This document shows, in pieces, positions 61,934 to 64,000 of a stretch of DNA of 64,000 nucleotides. The stretch's first letter is position 1, and the number at the start of each line of letters is the position of its first letter. A program made the translations under genes and the position numbers. Under the pieces are notes generated by a model. That model worked only from the letters and a program-made list of their open reading frames with translations, was not told the DNA's origin and ran no database searches. The stretch comes from Longimicrobiales bacterium (GTDB taxonomy: Bacteria > Gemmatimonadota > Gemmatimonadetes > Longimicrobiales > Gaopeijiaceae), in the NCBI GenBank assembly GCA_963664435.2, contig CAXXKM010000002.1:608001-672000 (forward strand), written 5' to 3'.

Positions 61934-62263
61934 GTGAGACGCATTCGGCGCTCCGGCGAAATCCGGGGCTTGCTAAGGCGGGGGAAGCGACGGAGGACGT
62001 CGGAGTTCGACGTCTTCCTCGCGGCTTCCGCCGCTTCTTGTGCCCGCTTCGGGGTGATCGTTCCGAAGCATGGGCATACCATCGTGGATCGCAACCGCTT
62101 GAGGCGCCGGCTGCGGGAAATCGGCCGACTCGAGGTGCTGCCACGGCTCGACACTCTCCCCGGGGAACTGGACTTCCTGGTCAGAACGAGACGGGAAGCG
62201 TACGGCGTGTCGTTCCAGCGGCTCAGGAATCAACTGGTGAAGCTGACCGAGGAGCTACTCTGA
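61934..62263 (+). CDS. rnpA: Ribonuclease P protein component (start uncertain)
   Basis: RFGVIVPK...[12 protein letters not shown] (RNR motif); position between rpmH and yidD. Confidence 0.88.
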   Translation: MRRIRRSGEIRGLLRRGKRRRTSEFDVFLAASAASCARFGVIVPKHGHTIVDRNRLRRRLREIGRLEVLPRLDTLPGELDFLVRTRREAYGVSFQRLRNQLVKLTEELL

Positions 62264-62481
62264 AGTTCTTGCTGAGCGGCATTCGATTCTATCGCGCGGC
62301 CATCTCTCCGTTGAGGCCGCCCGCCTGTCGCTTCGTGCCCAGCTGTTCGGCCTATGCGCTGGAAGCACTCGAACGGCACGGAACCCTTCGCGGCTCCCGG
62401 CTGACGCTGCGGCGGCTCTGCCGGTGCCATCCCCTTGGCGGGAAGGGGTTCGATCCGGTGCCTCGAGGACACGCGCGATGA
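62260..62481 (+). CDS. yidD: Membrane protein insertion efficiency factor YidD (CTG or TTG start)
   Basis: YRAAISP...[14 protein letters not shown]...RCHP..G.DPVP. Confidence 0.92.
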   Translation: MKFLLSGIRFYRAAISPLRPPACRFVPSCSAYALEALERHGTLRGSRLTLRRLCRCHPLGGKGFDPVPRGHAR

Positions 62482-64000
62482 GGCCGGAACTCCGCTTCGT
62501 CCTCGCCATCTTTCTGATGATCGGCGTCCTGTTCGGGACCAACCTGCTCTTTCCGCCTCCCCCGGCCACCGAGCCGCCCGTCCCGGCGGCCGCGGAAAGC
62601 GAGCCCCAGGCCGAGGAGCCGGCGGAGCCCGCGGTCACGACGCCCACCGGGATTGCGGCCACGGCCCTTCCGGATGCGCCCGTGGTGCCCGAGCGCAGGA
62701 TCCGCGTGCAGGGACCGCTCTACGAGTTCGAGTTCAGCAACTACGGGGCGCAGTTGCATTCCGCGATGCTGCCGGGATTCAGGTCGTTCGCGGATGATGG
62801 TCCCGTACAGCTTCTCCTGCGCAGCGGACCGGGTGCGCTCGGCAGCCGGGTGGCGGTCACCGGCGACACGCTCGATTTTTCCGTGGTGCCGTTTGAAGTG
62901 TCTCCTGCGGAAGGACTTATGCTGGCCGAGGGAGATGACCCGCAGGAGCTGAGCTTCACCTTCCTGAGTCCCGACGGAAGGACCGGTTTCGAGATCCGGT
63001 ACCGTTTCGATCCCGACTCCTATCTGATCGACGTCCACGGGCGCGTGCTCGGGGTCGATCGGGGTCTTCTGCTCACCGACCTCGGCCAGGGACTGGCGTT
63101 CAACGAAACGCGCCCCGCGGATGACGAAACGGCGCTGGCCTATGTGGTCAACCATTCCCAGGACGGAATCCGGCAGCGGCCGCTCCGGAACTTCGAGGAA
63201 GACCGGGTCGAGGACGGCCCGCTGCTATGGGTGGCGCTCAAGAGCAAGTACTTCCTGGCGGCGCTGCTGGCAGGGGACGGCCCGGAGGCGGAGCGCTTCC
63301 TGGGCGGGGTGTTCGCGCGGCGCCCGGTCGACCTGTACGGCGGGGAGGAGCCGCGAGTATCGGTAACCGCCGCGCAGAGTCTACTGCCCGACGATTCGTT
63401 CGCCTATCGGGTCTACCTGGGGCCGCAGGACTTCACCCGGCTGAGGGCGATCGGCAGCGACCTCGAGGATGTAAACCCGGTCGGCTGGAGGTGGCTGCGG
63501 CCCGTCATCCAGCCGTTCGCAGCCATCATCACGACGATCCTCATCTACCTGCACAACCAGCTGGGCTGGGGCTATGGATGGGTGTTGATCCTGTTCGGCG
63601 TCATGATGCGCGTCGTGCTCTTTCCGCTGAACCAGAAGGCCATGCGCGCGCAGTTGAGGAACACCGCGGTTGCACCCATGGTCAAGGAGATCCAGGCCAA
63701 GTACAAGAGTGACCCGGAGCGGCAGCAAAAGGAGATGATGAGGCTGTACAAGGAGCACGGATTCAATCCGCTGGCCGGATGCGTGCCGATGCTCATTCCC
63801 TTCCCGGTGCTCATCACGCTCTTCTTTGTGTTCCAGAACACCATCGAGTTGCGCGGCGTCTCCTTTCTCTGGCTCCCGGATCTCTCCGCCCCGGATCCGT
63901 TTTATCTGCTGCCCGTCTTCCTCGGCCTTTCCATGTTTCTGCTTCAGTGGGTGAGCATGCGTACGATGGAGCAGGTGAACCCGCAGATGAAGATGATGCT
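62478..64000 (+). CDS. yidC: Membrane protein insertase YidC (truncated by window end)
   Basis: N-terminal TM, periplasmic domain, [39 protein letters not shown]. Confidence 0.95.
   Translation, partial: MRPELRFVLAIFLMIGVLFGTNLLFPPPPATEPPVPAAAESEPQAEEPAEPAVTTPTGIAATALPDAPVVPERRIRVQGPLYEFEFSNYGAQLHSAMLPGFRSFADDGPVQLLLRSGPGALGSRVAVTGDTLDFSVVPFEVSPAEGLMLAEGDDPQELSFTFLSPDGRTGFEIRYRFDPDSYLIDVHGRVLGVDRGLLLTDLGQGLAFNETRPADDETALAYVVNHSQDGIRQRPLRNFEEDRVEDGPLLWVALKSKYFLAALLAGDGPEAERFLGGVFARRPVDLYGGEEPRVSVTAAQSLLPDDSFAYRVYLGPQDFTRLRAIGSDLEDVNPVGWRWLRPVIQPFAAIITTILIYLHNQLGWGYGWVLILFGVMMRVVLFPLNQKAMRAQLRNTAVAPMVKEIQAKYKSDPERQQKEMMRLYKEHGFNPLAGCVPMLIPFPVLITLFFVFQNTIELRGVSFLWLPDLSAPDPFYLLPVFLGLSMFLLQWVSMRTMEQVNPQMKMM

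Overview
High-GC bacterial chromosome segment; gene content suggests Gemmatimonadota, but that is inference only. It runs up to the replication origin. The right end carries the divergent dnaA-dnaN and rpmH-rnpA-yidD-yidC clusters, with a well-supported oriC (tandem DnaA boxes plus DnaA-trios) between dnaA and dnaN. Housekeeping and metabolic genes include a BMP/nucleoside-type ABC transporter, an NSS transporter with an aconitase-family protein, three tRNAs, a chlamydial/plant-type fabI, ligA, a sufCBD-Rieske-sufSU operon, a 4-hydroxybenzoyl-CoA-reductase-like operon interrupted by a DUF1460 gene, arginase/ArgE, a secreted cyanophycinase, and a sigma-54 two-component locus. Accessory material is a PIN toxin-antitoxin pair, an AAC(6')-I-like acetyltransferase, and an orphan AraC-like plus SARP/STAND regulator pair. 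The most notable observations are: (i) a DnaA-box cluster inside coding sequence about 47 kb from oriC; (ii) the AraC/STAND cassette, preceded by a 30-bp palindrome and SARP-like heptamer repeats; (iii) nested reading frames and missing canonical starts in rpmH-rnpA-yidD; (iv) a putative peptidoglycan amidase translationally coupled inside the hcr-like operon. No CRISPR array, integrase or transposase was found. All family assignments come from motif recognition by eye; no database search was run.
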